Shown piece by piece: positions 38,956 through 49,700 of a stretch of DNA of 64,000 nt. The notes beneath the pieces are model-generated. The model saw only the letters and a list, made by a program, of their open reading frames with translations. It was not told the DNA's origin and searched no databases. Each line of letters starts with the position of its first letter. The stretch's first letter is position 1. The DNA comes from a virus. A program made the translations under genes and the position numbers. The stretch lies in IMG/VR virus record IMGVR_UViG_3300027976_000006, positions 32,001 through 96,000 of that record; one strand, written 5' to 3'.

Positions 38956-40218
38956 ATGAGCGATTCTGACAATCCTGTTGAGAGCAAAATGAAAGTTTCG
39001 TTGAATAAGGTTGCGGGTATATCCCCAATCGCTACTCCTTCGATATCCCCGCCTGCCTCAGTTACCGGAGTTGTAAACATAGGCAATATAGCTGCTGCGT
39101 TGCACCCTTCGTCGCACAAGCAGGCAGCAACTCAAGTCATAGTAAATGATGCCTTCAATTACGATGTTGCATTTAATATGGCATTTTTGGGGTCCGGGCA
39201 GGGTGGGGCACGGTTAGCTTCTAGTTTTTGGTCTTTAGGTTACAGGCGTGTATCGTTGTTCAACACTGCCGAGAGTGACTTCCAAGGTTTACCGGATGAG
39301 ATTCAAAGGCACACCTTGCAGTTAGGCGGAGCTGCAAAAGATGCAAGGTTTGCGGAGCAAGCAATAACGGGGCACGAGGAAGAGATTTGGGATTTGTTAC
39401 AGCGTTCGTGGGGTAACGATGTGGATTATGGTTTGATTTGTGTAGGGTTGGGTGGTGGGACTGGGTCTGGTACTAGTGGCAAGCTGGTGCAGATTGCTAG
39501 GGATTATCTGGATTCCAAGGGTAAACCACCTAGGGTTGGTGTAATAGCTTCAATTCCGGCTTTTACCGAAGGCCAGCAAGTATGTCGTAATGCAGTTACA
39601 TCGTTTCAACGGTTACTGGAGTTAAAGGTTAGCCCATTGATTTTAATTGACAACGCACGCATTAATCAGTTATATAGGCCGGGTATGGCTCAGTTGTACA
39701 GTGTGGCCAATAGCACGGTAAGTCAGTTGTTCCATTTGTTTAATCAGTTGGCAGCAGTACACAGCCCGTTAATAACCTTTGACCGCAGCGAGCTGGCCCA
39801 GTTGTTGGATCATGGTATTTGTGTAATGGGAGCTGCTAGCTTGCAAAACATTACAAGTCCTGCGGATATCTCTGCTGCTATTAGGGATCAGCTTACTAAC
39901 AATGTGCTGGCAGAAGTTGATTTAAAGCAGGGCACGAAGGGGGCTTGTTTGTTTGTAGGAGATCAGCATCATTTGGATAATCTTGGTCTAGAGTACTTCG
40001 ATGCGGGTTTTACACAGATGAATCGCACTTTGAAAGGGGGAAATAGCGTTGTGCATAGGGGTGTATACATTGGCTCTTCTCCTGGTTTACAGGCCTATGC
40101 AATGATCAGCGATCTTAAGCCGCCTTTTGCTACATTGGCAAAGCTAGCAAAAGAGGCAAACATTTCTAAAAGTCAGTTGACGAGTGGGTTGGCTCAGTTT
40201 CTAGGTGTGAACGATTAA
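38956..40218 (+). CDS. Tubulin/FtsZ-family GTPase
   Basis: GSGQGGARLA, NTA, GAAKD, GLGGGTGSG, IDN, FDRSE. Confidence 0.92.
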   Translation: MSDSDNPVESKMKVSLNKVAGISPIATPSISPPASVTGVVNIGNIAAALHPSSHKQAATQVIVNDAFNYDVAFNMAFLGSGQGGARLASSFWSLGYRRVSLFNTAESDFQGLPDEIQRHTLQLGGAAKDARFAEQAITGHEEEIWDLLQRSWGNDVDYGLICVGLGGGTGSGTSGKLVQIARDYLDSKGKPPRVGVIASIPAFTEGQQVCRNAVTSFQRLLELKVSPLILIDNARINQLYRPGMAQLYSVANSTVSQLFHLFNQLAAVHSPLITFDRSELAQLLDHGICVMGAASLQNITSPADISAAIRDQLTNNVLAEVDLKQGTKGACLFVGDQHHLDNLGLEYFDAGFTQMNRTLKGGNSVVHRGVYIGSSPGLQAYAMISDLKPPFATLAKLAKEANISKSQLTSGLAQFLGVND

Positions 40219-40237
40219 ACCAAAGAAAGGGATTAAA

Positions 40238-40537
40238 ATGTCACCAAATCTTATTGCAGGCGAACTTCCAGACCTTTTGGAGTTTTTAAAAACAGCGTAC
40301 AGGGAAAAAATCAAAATTCCCAACGGTGTCTCAGACCCTTCGGATATTTTTATCAGTTGGGCACAAGATTACCTTGCGCAGCATAGACCTAGCGAGGTAT
40401 TTGCTGTGGATAGTAACTATGGCGTGCAGTTGACCAACGGGCAGCGAGTGCAACTTAGTCCTAGTCAAACTGGAGCTAAAGAAGTTGCGGGTCAAATGGC
40501 TAGTCCAGACTCCTCTGTGGCTATCTTTAATAGGTAG
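40238..40537 (+). CDS. Hypothetical protein
   Basis: 99 aa with RBS. Confidence 0.65.
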   Translation: MSPNLIAGELPDLLEFLKTAYREKIKIPNGVSDPSDIFISWAQDYLAQHRPSEVFAVDSNYGVQLTNGQRVQLSPSQTGAKEVAGQMASPDSSVAIFNR

Positions 40538-40644
40538 GTTTGCCTTGTTAATAGTAAAGGTGAAGCTATTCATCCCTTGGTTTTATTAGGGATATCGTTG
40601 CGTAAGCGGTATGAACTACTAACCGGTTTAAGGAGAGCTTGGTT

Positions 40645-41268
40645 ATGAGATTTTGGAAGCCTCGAACGAACATACCTAGTGCAGCCAAGATTGGCATATC
40701 TTTAGTGACATACAATCAAACGGATTGCTTGGCTGCCTTGGTCTACGCACTTAAGGCTCAAACCTTTAGAAACTTCAAGGTATACATAATACACGATGGG
40801 CCTTGGTTGCCAGAGGCACATAGGGTTTGTTTAGTCGCCATAGATGGGGATGATAGATTTTCTATGTCGTGCACAGAGGAGAGGGCTAATGCGTACGGGC
40901 ACAACCTAAGGCAGATAGGATTTGACAAGGCTTATGCAGCTGGGTGTGATTGGATAGGAACGATGAACGGGGACGGCTTGTACGCCCCTGTTTATTTTGA
41001 GTGGATGTTAAGTGAGGCAGAAACTGCGAAGGCCAACTTCGTATGCTGCAATATGATACACAGTCACAAACAGTGGCATGCTCTTGTAACTGGCTTAGTC
41101 AGAGCACGGATAGATGCAGGGAGTTGGCTGGCTCGGTCGAGTATTGCTTCGTTAAGCAAGTGGACCAGCTTAGCGTTCGAGGGGGATTGGGTATACATTC
41201 ACGGGCTTACGCAGGCTCCTGGCTTTGTACCTGCTAAGGTTAATGGTTTTTTGTTTGTGCATAACTAG
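40645..41268 (+). CDS. Glycosyltransferase family 2
   Basis: TYNQ, LKAQT, IIHDG, GH, NGD. Confidence 0.82.
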   Translation: MRFWKPRTNIPSAAKIGISLVTYNQTDCLAALVYALKAQTFRNFKVYIIHDGPWLPEAHRVCLVAIDGDDRFSMSCTEERANAYGHNLRQIGFDKAYAAGCDWIGTMNGDGLYAPVYFEWMLSEAETAKANFVCCNMIHSHKQWHALVTGLVRARIDAGSWLARSSIASLSKWTSLAFEGDWVYIHGLTQAPGFVPAKVNGFLFVHN

Positions 41269-41280
41269 CTTGGAGGTTAT

Positions 41281-41853
41281 ATGAGTGACAAATCGGCTAT
41301 AGTTTCGATGCGGGCGGAAGGAAGAATGGCTGGTGGCCTGCAAGATATGATAGCGCATATCAACAGCATATCCCCAACGAAGGATATGCGTTTAATCGAG
41401 ATAGGTGCATATGCGGGGGAATCAACTGCTATTTTTTGTCAAAACTTTAAAGCTGTAGTTACGATAGACCCGTTTTTAAACGGCTATGACTCCGGGGATT
41501 CGGCTAGCCATGCTGCTCCGTTCTCGCAGGTTTACGCTGTTTTTTGCAAAAGAATGCAGAAGTATGCCAATTACACATTAATACAGAAAACCTCGGATGA
41601 CGCAGTTAAAGAGCTAATGGACCAACCAGTAGTGCATTGTTTTGATGTTGTGTACATAGATGGCATGCATCGGTATGAACAAGTAAAAAAAGACATTTTA
41701 AATTACAGCAAAATTGTAAAAATAGACGGGTTTATTACTGGGCATGATTATGTCAGTGGCTGGGGAGAAGTGGTTAGGGCAGTAAACGAGTTCTGTGTAA
41801 AACCAGATATGGTTTTTCGTGACGGTAGCTGGTTAGTGCGAAAAGTTAGCTGA
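41281..41853 (+). CDS. Class I SAM methyltransferase (Methyltransf_24-like)
   Basis: IEIGAYAGES, IDP, YIDGMHRYEQV, GHDY. Confidence 0.88.
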   Translation: MSDKSAIVSMRAEGRMAGGLQDMIAHINSISPTKDMRLIEIGAYAGESTAIFCQNFKAVVTIDPFLNGYDSGDSASHAAPFSQVYAVFCKRMQKYANYTLIQKTSDDAVKELMDQPVVHCFDVVYIDGMHRYEQVKKDILNYSKIVKIDGFITGHDYVSGWGEVVRAVNEFCVKPDMVFRDGSWLVRKVS

Positions 41854-41955
41854 AATGAATTGTTTTTTGCGTTAAGTAGAAAATAGGCTTAAAACATTGA
41901 TTCTACGCGATAAACAGCAGAATGGGTTTAAATCTCCAACAGAAAAGGTACAACA

Positions 41956-42207
41956 ATGGCTAATTTATACGGCGATTTAGCGGATATAATTGCAGAACAT
42001 TTAGGTGTAGCTTCTGACCGCATTCACAGCAGCGATTCGTTCCACACACTGGGGCTAGACAGCCTTAGCACTATGGAATTGTGGTTTGAAATTGAAACTC
42101 GATGGGGGGTCGACAAGGAGTTGCTAGACAACGGTACGCATCAACCTTTTGGGGAGCTGGCAAAGCAGATAGAGCAGCGAGTAAAAAAACCAGCATTTAT
42201 CGAGTAA
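41956..42207 (+). CDS. Acyl carrier protein
   Basis: LGLDSL phosphopantetheine site, acidic 83 aa. Confidence 0.8.
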   Translation: MANLYGDLADIIAEHLGVASDRIHSSDSFHTLGLDSLSTMELWFEIETRWGVDKELLDNGTHQPFGELAKQIEQRVKKPAFIE

Positions 42208-42217
42208 GTTACACATT

Positions 42218-42235
42218 TTAAAATCCGGATTTTAA
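42218..42235. promoter_or_regulatory. 18-bp palindromic motif TTAAAATCCGGATTTTAA
   Basis: Perfect palindrome, intergenic before ATG 42253. Confidence 0.6.
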
Positions 42236-42252
42236 CCGGCAAGGATGCGTGT

Positions 42253-42603
42253 ATGTGGTTTGCACTGTCGGACGGAGGGGAGCTGAACAAAAACGAATTC
42301 TTGCAAGAACTAAGAATCAATCGTGTTTGTCCCCTGCTCGTGTATCATAAAGACGATCAACCAATCGTTCCTATTTTTTCAAGCCACGATCTTGCTGTTC
42401 GGTTTGCTCAGCGCAATACTTTAAAAGCCTGGTCGATTGGCTGTATGGAGGCGGTAGAGGAAGACATCCAAAAGTTGTGCAAAGAAGGATTTATTGTGGA
42501 GCAGCTGCATTGGCCCAGTAAGCGAGATGTTTCGGTACATATGCTTTGGCTAGAAAGAGAGGTAGACCCGATAACAAAAGGTTTTCGTAATAACATTGGA
42601 TAG
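42253..42603 (+). CDS. Hypothetical protein
   Basis: 116 aa, AAGGA RBS. Confidence 0.7.
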   Translation: MWFALSDGGELNKNEFLQELRINRVCPLLVYHKDDQPIVPIFSSHDLAVRFAQRNTLKAWSIGCMEAVEEDIQKLCKEGFIVEQLHWPSKRDVSVHMLWLEREVDPITKGFRNNIG

Positions 42604-42635
42604 TGTTACTTTAAAAGTTTACGAAAGGATTTCAC

Positions 42636-43328
42636 ATGTTTTGTTACTTATTTTTAATTGTGTTACCGTTGCAAGGGGCTGATCCAGTTTCCTTTCCTTA
42701 CGCTGGGCAGTATCAGTATCTGCCGTTAGCAAAGCAACAAGAGATATATAAAATCTGGCCTACGCCACTTGTGCTACCAGACAAATTGCATTTCTATGCC
42801 CGCTCAGGTTACAGCCAAAGGTTAACTATCACCAATGGGCTGGATCACCATATTTGGATGCCAACCTCGCAGGATGATTCTCTTGGGGCTCAAAACCCAA
42901 ATCGCAAGTCTCCATGGGTTGTATCCGGTGGCGCGGATGGTTTAACAGACTTTGTATCGTATGTGGGGGTTGCGTTCCCCAAGGATGCAACAGTAAACAT
43001 CTACAGTGAGAGCGTAGACGCGGGGGCTAGACGGCTATTACCTATGCACAAGTGGAGTTGGCCTAAGGGTTCCATCTTCATAGACATGCTGACGCATAAA
43101 AACCACACCTTTGAGGTGCGACAGCGAGAGAAGGTAGGGGAAGTTGACTGGGTTTCTAGTGTTATCTTCCACGATGCTCAGAAAGCTCCCAAAGAGTTTA
43201 AAGGTGCAGGGCAATCCTGTATATCGTGCCACGGTAAGGTAGGAAGTCAAGATGGCTATGGCATTCGTATACGGGGCGGAGATACAGTGTTTTCTCTGAC
43301 CCCTATTAGTTTACTACCCGGTAGATAA
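42636..43328 (+). CDS. Exported protein with c-type heme motif
   Basis: Hydrophobic N-terminus; C-terminal CISCH. Confidence 0.6.
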   Translation: MFCYLFLIVLPLQGADPVSFPYAGQYQYLPLAKQQEIYKIWPTPLVLPDKLHFYARSGYSQRLTITNGLDHHIWMPTSQDDSLGAQNPNRKSPWVVSGGADGLTDFVSYVGVAFPKDATVNIYSESVDAGARRLLPMHKWSWPKGSIFIDMLTHKNHTFEVRQREKVGEVDWVSSVIFHDAQKAPKEFKGAGQSCISCHGKVGSQDGYGIRIRGGDTVFSLTPISLLPGR

Positions 43329-43355
43329 TAGCGGGTTTTGGGGTGGCATGTAGCG

Positions 43356-43389
43356 AGGGGTGGGGGATTTTCTCCGCCCCTTTTTTTTT
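43356..43389 (+). terminator. Rho-independent terminator
   Basis: GGGGTGGGGGA/TCTCCGCCCC stem then T9. Confidence 0.85.
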
Positions 43390-43467
43390 GTCGGCACAGT
43401 TAAAAAATTAGTTATATTTGCTTAGATGCTGTGTACTTGCAGGGGGTACCATGCTTAAACTTATCTT

Positions 43468-43953
43468 ATGCACATAGATAAGTCGCACAACTACGATCAG
43501 AGGCAACAAAAACCTTTTCGGCACCAGCAAAAAGGTGGCGGGAAAGCGAGTTACGTTATGCCAGCTAAGACTATTCCTAAGATTTCCGTAGATTCGGCGT
43601 TTGCAGGGGCATGGCCCGTGTCCTTGCAAGTAAGCCGGCGTAGGCAGCAGATCATTCTGAGCGATATGAGTTCACACCCGTTGGCTGACCTTTGCTGCGG
43701 GCAATGGGAATGTGTTTTAAATCCGGAATTTAACTCTTTGTTTTTAAGCCCAGCAAAAGGTCAGAACAGGTTCTTACGCTACTGGGCAAAGAAGTTTGGT
43801 ATGCTGGGTCATACTCATTGCTTGGCGGTGCAACTGCCCAAGTCCCAAGTGATACTGTATCGCCCCGTGTGTGTGCAGGCAGATGGTGACCGTATTTGTT
43901 TTCAGTACTTAAACCGAGTTCCTAGTTTAACCAAGGTTGCCAATGCTGGATAA
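43468..43953 (+). CDS. Hypothetical protein
   Basis: 161 aa. Confidence 0.55.
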   Translation: MHIDKSHNYDQRQQKPFRHQQKGGGKASYVMPAKTIPKISVDSAFAGAWPVSLQVSRRRQQIILSDMSSHPLADLCCGQWECVLNPEFNSLFLSPAKGQNRFLRYWAKKFGMLGHTHCLAVQLPKSQVILYRPVCVQADGDRICFQYLNRVPSLTKVANAG

Positions 43954-45517
43954 TATTGCAAAACTGCGTTTGATGCTGTTAGGGCGAAAAACAGCTTCAG
44001 CAGCCACTGGTTTTGAGCAGATAGATTCCTTGGCCAAATTAGCCGTAGATGCCATAACTCGACAAAAAATTAATAAAATAAACAGCTACGCTTGCCAAAC
44101 TCCACAAACAAAACTTGCTGGGGCTACTTGGCGTACTCCTGAGAATCTTGCGAAGATTCTCAGACAGGCGTGGGGGTCGTCATCACCCGTTGTGGGCGAT
44201 ATGACCCAAGGTTTCAACAGAAACCAAGTTTTACAGGCAATTTCTGACCGTTTTGGGATGGGTAAGACCATAGCAAAAGGCTATCAAGATTTTACGGATA
44301 AGTTGAATTGGAGACCGCTACCTGAAAAGATCCAAAACAGCGTTTTGAAGACAATATTTGATCAGGCTACACCTAAATACATATTCAGAGGTACTACCCC
44401 AGGTAAAAACATAAATAACCCCTTTGCGGTCGACAACGCTGGGCTTGCAGCTAATTTCGTGCACGGTTCGCCTAGCCCTTTTATTTCAGATTACTATGCC
44501 AAACAATTTGGGGGTGGTAGGGCATTTCAAATGTTCAAGCCTACCAGAGCTCAAGGGTATATGCCCGACTTTCGCGCTCAGTACTATATTGATAAGAATA
44601 CTGGAACTTTAAAGGAAGATATAAAAAACCGTACATGGGCCAAGATATCTCCGGATTTTAAAACCAATATGAGCACGGAAGACTTCTTGCACCCAGGTAT
44701 GCTTAACAAGGAGGAATTAGCACATAAGGCTATTGGGCAAACTGTTTACGAAACACCAGTTATGCCGGCTAATAAGGTTTTTGGCACATTCTTGGCTAGA
44801 AGAAAATCGCAACAATATCATCCCGGAGTACAAAACTTTGACTACATGCCGTCTTTTCCGCGAGCTAGGGCATCCGATATACTTAAGTATACTGAGATAG
44901 CTAGCGTTCCAAACCATCTTAATAATAAGTTTGTTCAAATGAGTTTAGAAAAGCAAAGAAAGCTACCTACAGATTCATCAGGGAGGCTGCTCGCATCACC
45001 TATTCCTAAGCCACCTATTGCTGCGCCACCTATTGCCGCACCACCTATTGCCGCACCACCTATTCCTAAGCCACCTAATGCTGCGCCACCTATTGCTGCG
45101 CCACCTATTGCTGCTCATGCCCCAAATACGCTAGGGACTGCAGGGGACTACCCAGTACCACCTACCGGATTTTTAGCTAGTATGCAACAGTATCTACTTA
45201 GCTTCATGGGTGGTGGTGTTAAGCAAGGAAGTACAGCTTGGGTTAGAGCATTCCGAGCTGGAAAACTAAGTCCTGAATCTTTAGGGCGCATAGCGGCAAG
45301 GTTACCCGAAGGTACTAACCGTTTTGTTAGACCTCTTGGCAAAGGTATAAATATGCAGGCTGACCTAATGGTTGGCAACCTTGGCGGACAAGTTGGACAA
45401 GTTGTTCGTAAGCTGCCCATCCACGCAATTCCTCCAAAGGCGCTTGCTGCGGAAGCAGGCAACCTTCAACTGGCTCAGACTATTATTTCAAAGTTGTTGA
45501 AAGGGAGTAACAAATGA
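43943..45517 (+). CDS. Putative virion-associated protein with K-x-A motifs and (PPIAA)n linker
   Basis: KTAS, KLAV, KLAG, KQGS; Pro-rich 15-bp repeats near 45000-45115. Confidence 0.6.
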   Translation: MLDNIAKLRLMLLGRKTASAATGFEQIDSLAKLAVDAITRQKINKINSYACQTPQTKLAGATWRTPENLAKILRQAWGSSSPVVGDMTQGFNRNQVLQAISDRFGMGKTIAKGYQDFTDKLNWRPLPEKIQNSVLKTIFDQATPKYIFRGTTPGKNINNPFAVDNAGLAANFVHGSPSPFISDYYAKQFGGGRAFQMFKPTRAQGYMPDFRAQYYIDKNTGTLKEDIKNRTWAKISPDFKTNMSTEDFLHPGMLNKEELAHKAIGQTVYETPVMPANKVFGTFLARRKSQQYHPGVQNFDYMPSFPRARASDILKYTEIASVPNHLNNKFVQMSLEKQRKLPTDSSGRLLASPIPKPPIAAPPIAAPPIAAPPIPKPPNAAPPIAAPPIAAHAPNTLGTAGDYPVPPTGFLASMQQYLLSFMGGGVKQGSTAWVRAFRAGKLSPESLGRIAARLPEGTNRFVRPLGKGINMQADLMVGNLGGQVGQVVRKLPIHAIPPKALAAEAGNLQLAQTIISKLLKGSNK

Positions 45518-45769
45518 TAAGACGTGCGACATCTAACAGTATGTCCAACACTTGGGGCACGGGTCTAAGGTATTCCTGTCGCACGCAGTTAAGAATGTGG
45601 TCAAAAGTATTTAGTGACAGCCACTCGGCGTCAAGAGCATCACATTACAGGTACAACTCGCTAAGTTGGAAATCCGATGTAGTTTTGTCAAAGTAACGAG
45701 CTACTGTTGTATTAACTGTTCGTAGTATTTAAACTAAGTTTGTTCGAACTTAACCTTAAGGAGTTTATC

Positions 45770-46558
45770 GTGCACAAACAATCAGGCATTCGTTCCGCTT
45801 TAGTTGGTACTGGTATTGGTGGCGTTCTGGGAGGGCTGCTTGGTCGATTTACTGGCTATAATGCTGGCAATAAAGAAGGGTACAGAAGTGGTAGTGAGTC
45901 CGGCTATAATGCTGGCAATAAAGAAGGGTACAGAAGTGGTAGTGAGTCCGGGGGTAGAGATACCTTGTTAAATCTACTTCGGGGTATGACTGATGTTGTA
46001 GATCAAGGGCGTAGAAGCGATGTAGATTTAAAACAATTGCTTATGCCACTAGAAGGGGGCGCTTCTCCGGCTATGTCCTCAGTAGCGGTTAAAACCGCAA
46101 AACTACGAAGAATGTTTGCCCGCATAGAAAAGAAAGCTGAAGAAAAACAATCAGGCATTCGTTCCGCTTTAGTTGGTACTGGTATTGGTGGCGTTCTGGG
46201 AGGGCTGCTTGGTCGATTTACTGGCTATAATGCTGGCAATAAAGAAGGGTACAGAAGTGGTAGTGAGTCCGGCTATAATGCTGGCAATAAAGAAGGGTAC
46301 AGAAGTGGTAGTGAGTCCGGGGGTAGAGATACCTTGTTAAATCTACTTCGGGGTATGACTGATGTTGTAGATCAAGGGCGTAGAAGCGATGTAGATTTAA
46401 AACAATTGCTTATGCCACTAGAAGGGGGCGCTTCTCCGGCTATGTCCTCAGTAGCGGTTAAAACCGCAAAACTACGAAGAATGTTTGCCCGCATAGAAAA
46501 ACAAGCTATTGCTAGTTTAAGCAGAAAGTTATTTGGGCCTGACAGATACGGCGCATAA
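45770..46558 (+). CDS. Putative virion protein made of two identical glycine-zipper modules
   Basis: GTG after AAGGAG; 123-aa period. Confidence 0.7.
   Translation: MHKQSGIRSALVGTGIGGVLGGLLGRFTGYNAGNKEGYRSGSESGYNAGNKEGYRSGSESGGRDTLLNLLRGMTDVVDQGRRSDVDLKQLLMPLEGGASPAMSSVAVKTAKLRRMFARIEKKAEEKQSGIRSALVGTGIGGVLGGLLGRFTGYNAGNKEGYRSGSESGYNAGNKEGYRSGSESGGRDTLLNLLRGMTDVVDQGRRSDVDLKQLLMPLEGGASPAMSSVAVKTAKLRRMFARIEKQAIASLSRKLFGPDRYGA
45776..46500 (+). repeat. Tandem duplication, 369-bp period
   Basis: 45776-46131 equals 46145-46500; each copy has an internal 45-bp duplication. Confidence 0.95.
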
Positions 46559-46757
46559 TTTCATCTTGGCTTACAGAGATGGGGCGACCAAGTGGCAGTT
46601 TAGAACAATATTCAAATAAGTGGAATGAAATTGCACCAAGCACATATCAGCCTTTCCCAGCTTCGCCTAGCTGGCGAAGCCCATAACCAGCTGCGATTGC
46701 CAAACAGAGTAAATAAAGTTAGAGTATCAGTTACCTTTATAATTTCTGGGGAGCACT

Positions 46758-49700
46758 ATGTACGAGTACACGGAAAAAGCGGGCGATGCTGCAGCTAAGA
46801 CTGAGAAGACAGCGGCATTAGAAGATACGAAACTCGGCATACCGATTAGTGCTGCAATCGCGGGTGGACTGGGTGGAGGGCTTTACGGAGGGCTTAAAGG
46901 TTTAATATCTCCCGGCGAATATGAAACGACAGACGAGGAAGGGCAGAAGGTTAAAAAAAAGCGTAATAGGCTAATAGCAGCTTTACAAGGTTCTTTGTAC
47001 TCTGGTGCTTTGGGGGCCGGAGCTGGGGCGTTAGGTGGGACGGCGTTTAATGCGGCCACTTCCGCCGACCCACAAAGAACTCCTTACACCGATGCTTACC
47101 GCAGTCTGCTTGTAGGTCAGGGCTTGGCTAACAATTATAAGTCGGCAGAGGCGGGACAAGACAGCAAACCTTCAGCAATGTCTTACATTCCCGGGATTGG
47201 CGGATTCCTTAGCGGAATAGCTAATCCTATGGTTCGCAAAAGTGATATAGGTATAGATTCCCTTGCAGGTATTCTGAAACCCATAGCGGCACCCATAGCG
47301 GCAGTGAATGAAGGCGTGGCTGGATTAATTGGGGGTATGGCAGGCGGCTTAGGTGGTGGCATGATTGGCCGTTTAGGGGGCAAGGCCCTTAAGACGCTTT
47401 TAAGTAAGCTTACAAAAAATTCGCTAAAGCCGACTGTGCTTACGAAGCTTAATCCAGGCGAATTCCGAAGTATACCGAGAGTGCCAACTGGTGCGGCGGA
47501 AGGGGTTCACAAATTAGTTGATAAATTTGACGATAATTCCGGTATCCTTGGGTTCCTTGGTGGAGCTTCTTTGGGTACACATGGCGGTGCCAGTGCTTAC
47601 CGCAGTCTGAAGGACTGGGCTATCAATTACGCGGATAAACTAAAACCTAAACTTGAGGATACGATTACAATGCCTGAGAAAATTGCAGAATGGGCTTCAG
47701 CTCCTAGCTTTTCGGCTAATGTGCCATTACCGCAGAAACTTAATCCGCTGGTTGCCGGTAGAAAATCATCAACAACCAAAGCGGACGCTAATGGAGTTCG
47801 AGAAGCACTTGCCAAGCTTGGTGCGTATGACAGCGCTTCACTTGCTGTTTCGGCAGCCGGGGATAGCAAAGGGTCTAAATATAAACAACAAGATGAAGAT
47901 CACGCAACTGGTGCAGCTGCGTTTGATTCGCTTGATAAGTATCGAAGGATGACTAAGAAAGCAGGCATGACTCAGTTCCAGACTAAATTCTTTGAACGCT
48001 TTATTTTAGAAGGTAAAAGTGCACAACAGCTACAAGCTGTGGTTAAGCAAGCAGGAGAACAGTTTGGATCTAAGATAGGTAAAGAATTAGCACGTGGGTT
48101 TAAAAAGCTTGCTTCTGCGGGGTTAGCCGGTGCCCGCTGGTTTGCTCGGGCTACCGGCAGCCCGACCGGTGCGGCTGCGCAGCGCCCAAGCCAGCAAGGA
48201 CTCCCTTCAGCTGGCGGGTTTGGCTTTTCTCAACTTCCGGCAGCGATGACTAATTTTGGTAAGCGGGTTGGAGAAGCATTCCCCGGATCAAAAGACTACA
48301 TGGGCATGGGGGGTGCTGCGTTTGATGGTGTTAAAGGAGCGTTACCTGGAATGGGCCAACAGCTTCAACAAGCAGCAACCAAAGGAGTAGAAGGCTGGGT
48401 TAAGCAACCCGGTGTCTTTACTAACCCTGCGGAAGTATGGAGGCGTAGAAACCAAGCTCAAGGTGTTCAGAAGACTTTAGGGGATATAACGACTGGCATG
48501 GGTAAGCTTATGGGCAAGCAGTCTAGTGAAAAGCGAGGGGCTAACTGGGCTGCGCTTGGGAAAGGGGCATTAAAATATATGGGAATGGGTGCGGGAAAAC
48601 CCGGGGCAGAAGTAGCAAATACTTTTAGGCATGCTATGGGCACGGCGGGAACGACTGCAGGAGGTGCAGCTTTAAAAGTATTGAAAAATCCTGTTCTGCA
48701 AGGGCGAGCAGGTACTGGGGCTGTGACTGGTGCAATAAACCCTATGACTGGTTTACTTTCCCAAGATGAAAATAGAAGCTGGGGTGACTATCTTACTAGT
48801 GCGGGTCTTAGCGGCTTAGCTGGTGCTGGTGCAGGTGTTTTAGGGGGCAAAGGCACGCAAAAGATGATGGGGCGTATGCAAGCAGGCGGAAACTTAGGTT
48901 TTATGGGTGATATGGCAGCAGATTTAGCTGGGTATGACACAGGTGGTCGGTTAGGGCAAATTGGATTTTTAGGCGGAGCTGCATTGCCCGCAAAGGTGCC
49001 TCAATGGTTAGGGCAAAAGGCGACACAGATGGGAGGTGGCCGTGTCGGCACGAATATTCCCGGAAGGGCAGGAGACACTGCAAAACTTATGAATAGTGTG
49101 GATTATTTAAGCAAGGGGCAGAACTGGGTACTCGGTAAAGGTAGGCAAGGTGCAGGCTTAGGCTATCAAGCAGCTAAAGCTAATCCGTTGATGGCAGCTG
49201 GTCTAGGTACTGCGGGACTTGGCGGTACCTACGGGTTACACCAACTTGGTAGAGCGGCAGACGCAGCTGAGGGCATGCGTGGTGATGCGAATGCACAGAT
49301 GAGTGCTCTTAGGCAGCAAGTTGCTGGCATGGGTGGCATGGGTGGCATGGGTCAGTTCTTTAATGAAAATAAGCATTGGTTAATGCCTGCGTTGTTAGCT
49401 GGTGGGGGTGCTTTGGCCGGGGGTGCAATGGGTGGTGGTGGTGGTGCTGCACTGGGTGGCCTCGGCTTGCCAGCCCTTTATGCGATGCATCAAAGTGGTA
49501 TGTTTGGCGGCGGAGGCGGCGGAGGCGGCGGAGGCGGCGGAGGCGGAGGCGTTGATCTTTATCGACCTGAGTCAAACGGGGGCCGTGACTTAATACAACT
49601 TCAGTTCCAAAATGCACAAGAAGATACAAATAGACAAATTGTCGCTCGGACAAGAGATCCGAGAATAGCTGTACCTAAAACAGCCAGTGCTAATGCAGTA

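Noticed and set aside
38956-40218. Claim of a nucleus-forming phage
   Set aside because: Tubulin alone is insufficient; no chimallin or multisubunit RNAP recognisable in this window
46560-46740. ncRNA call for the gap with GCTTCGCC/GGCGAAGC hairpin
   Set aside because: Only one strong stem; could be a decayed coding remnant
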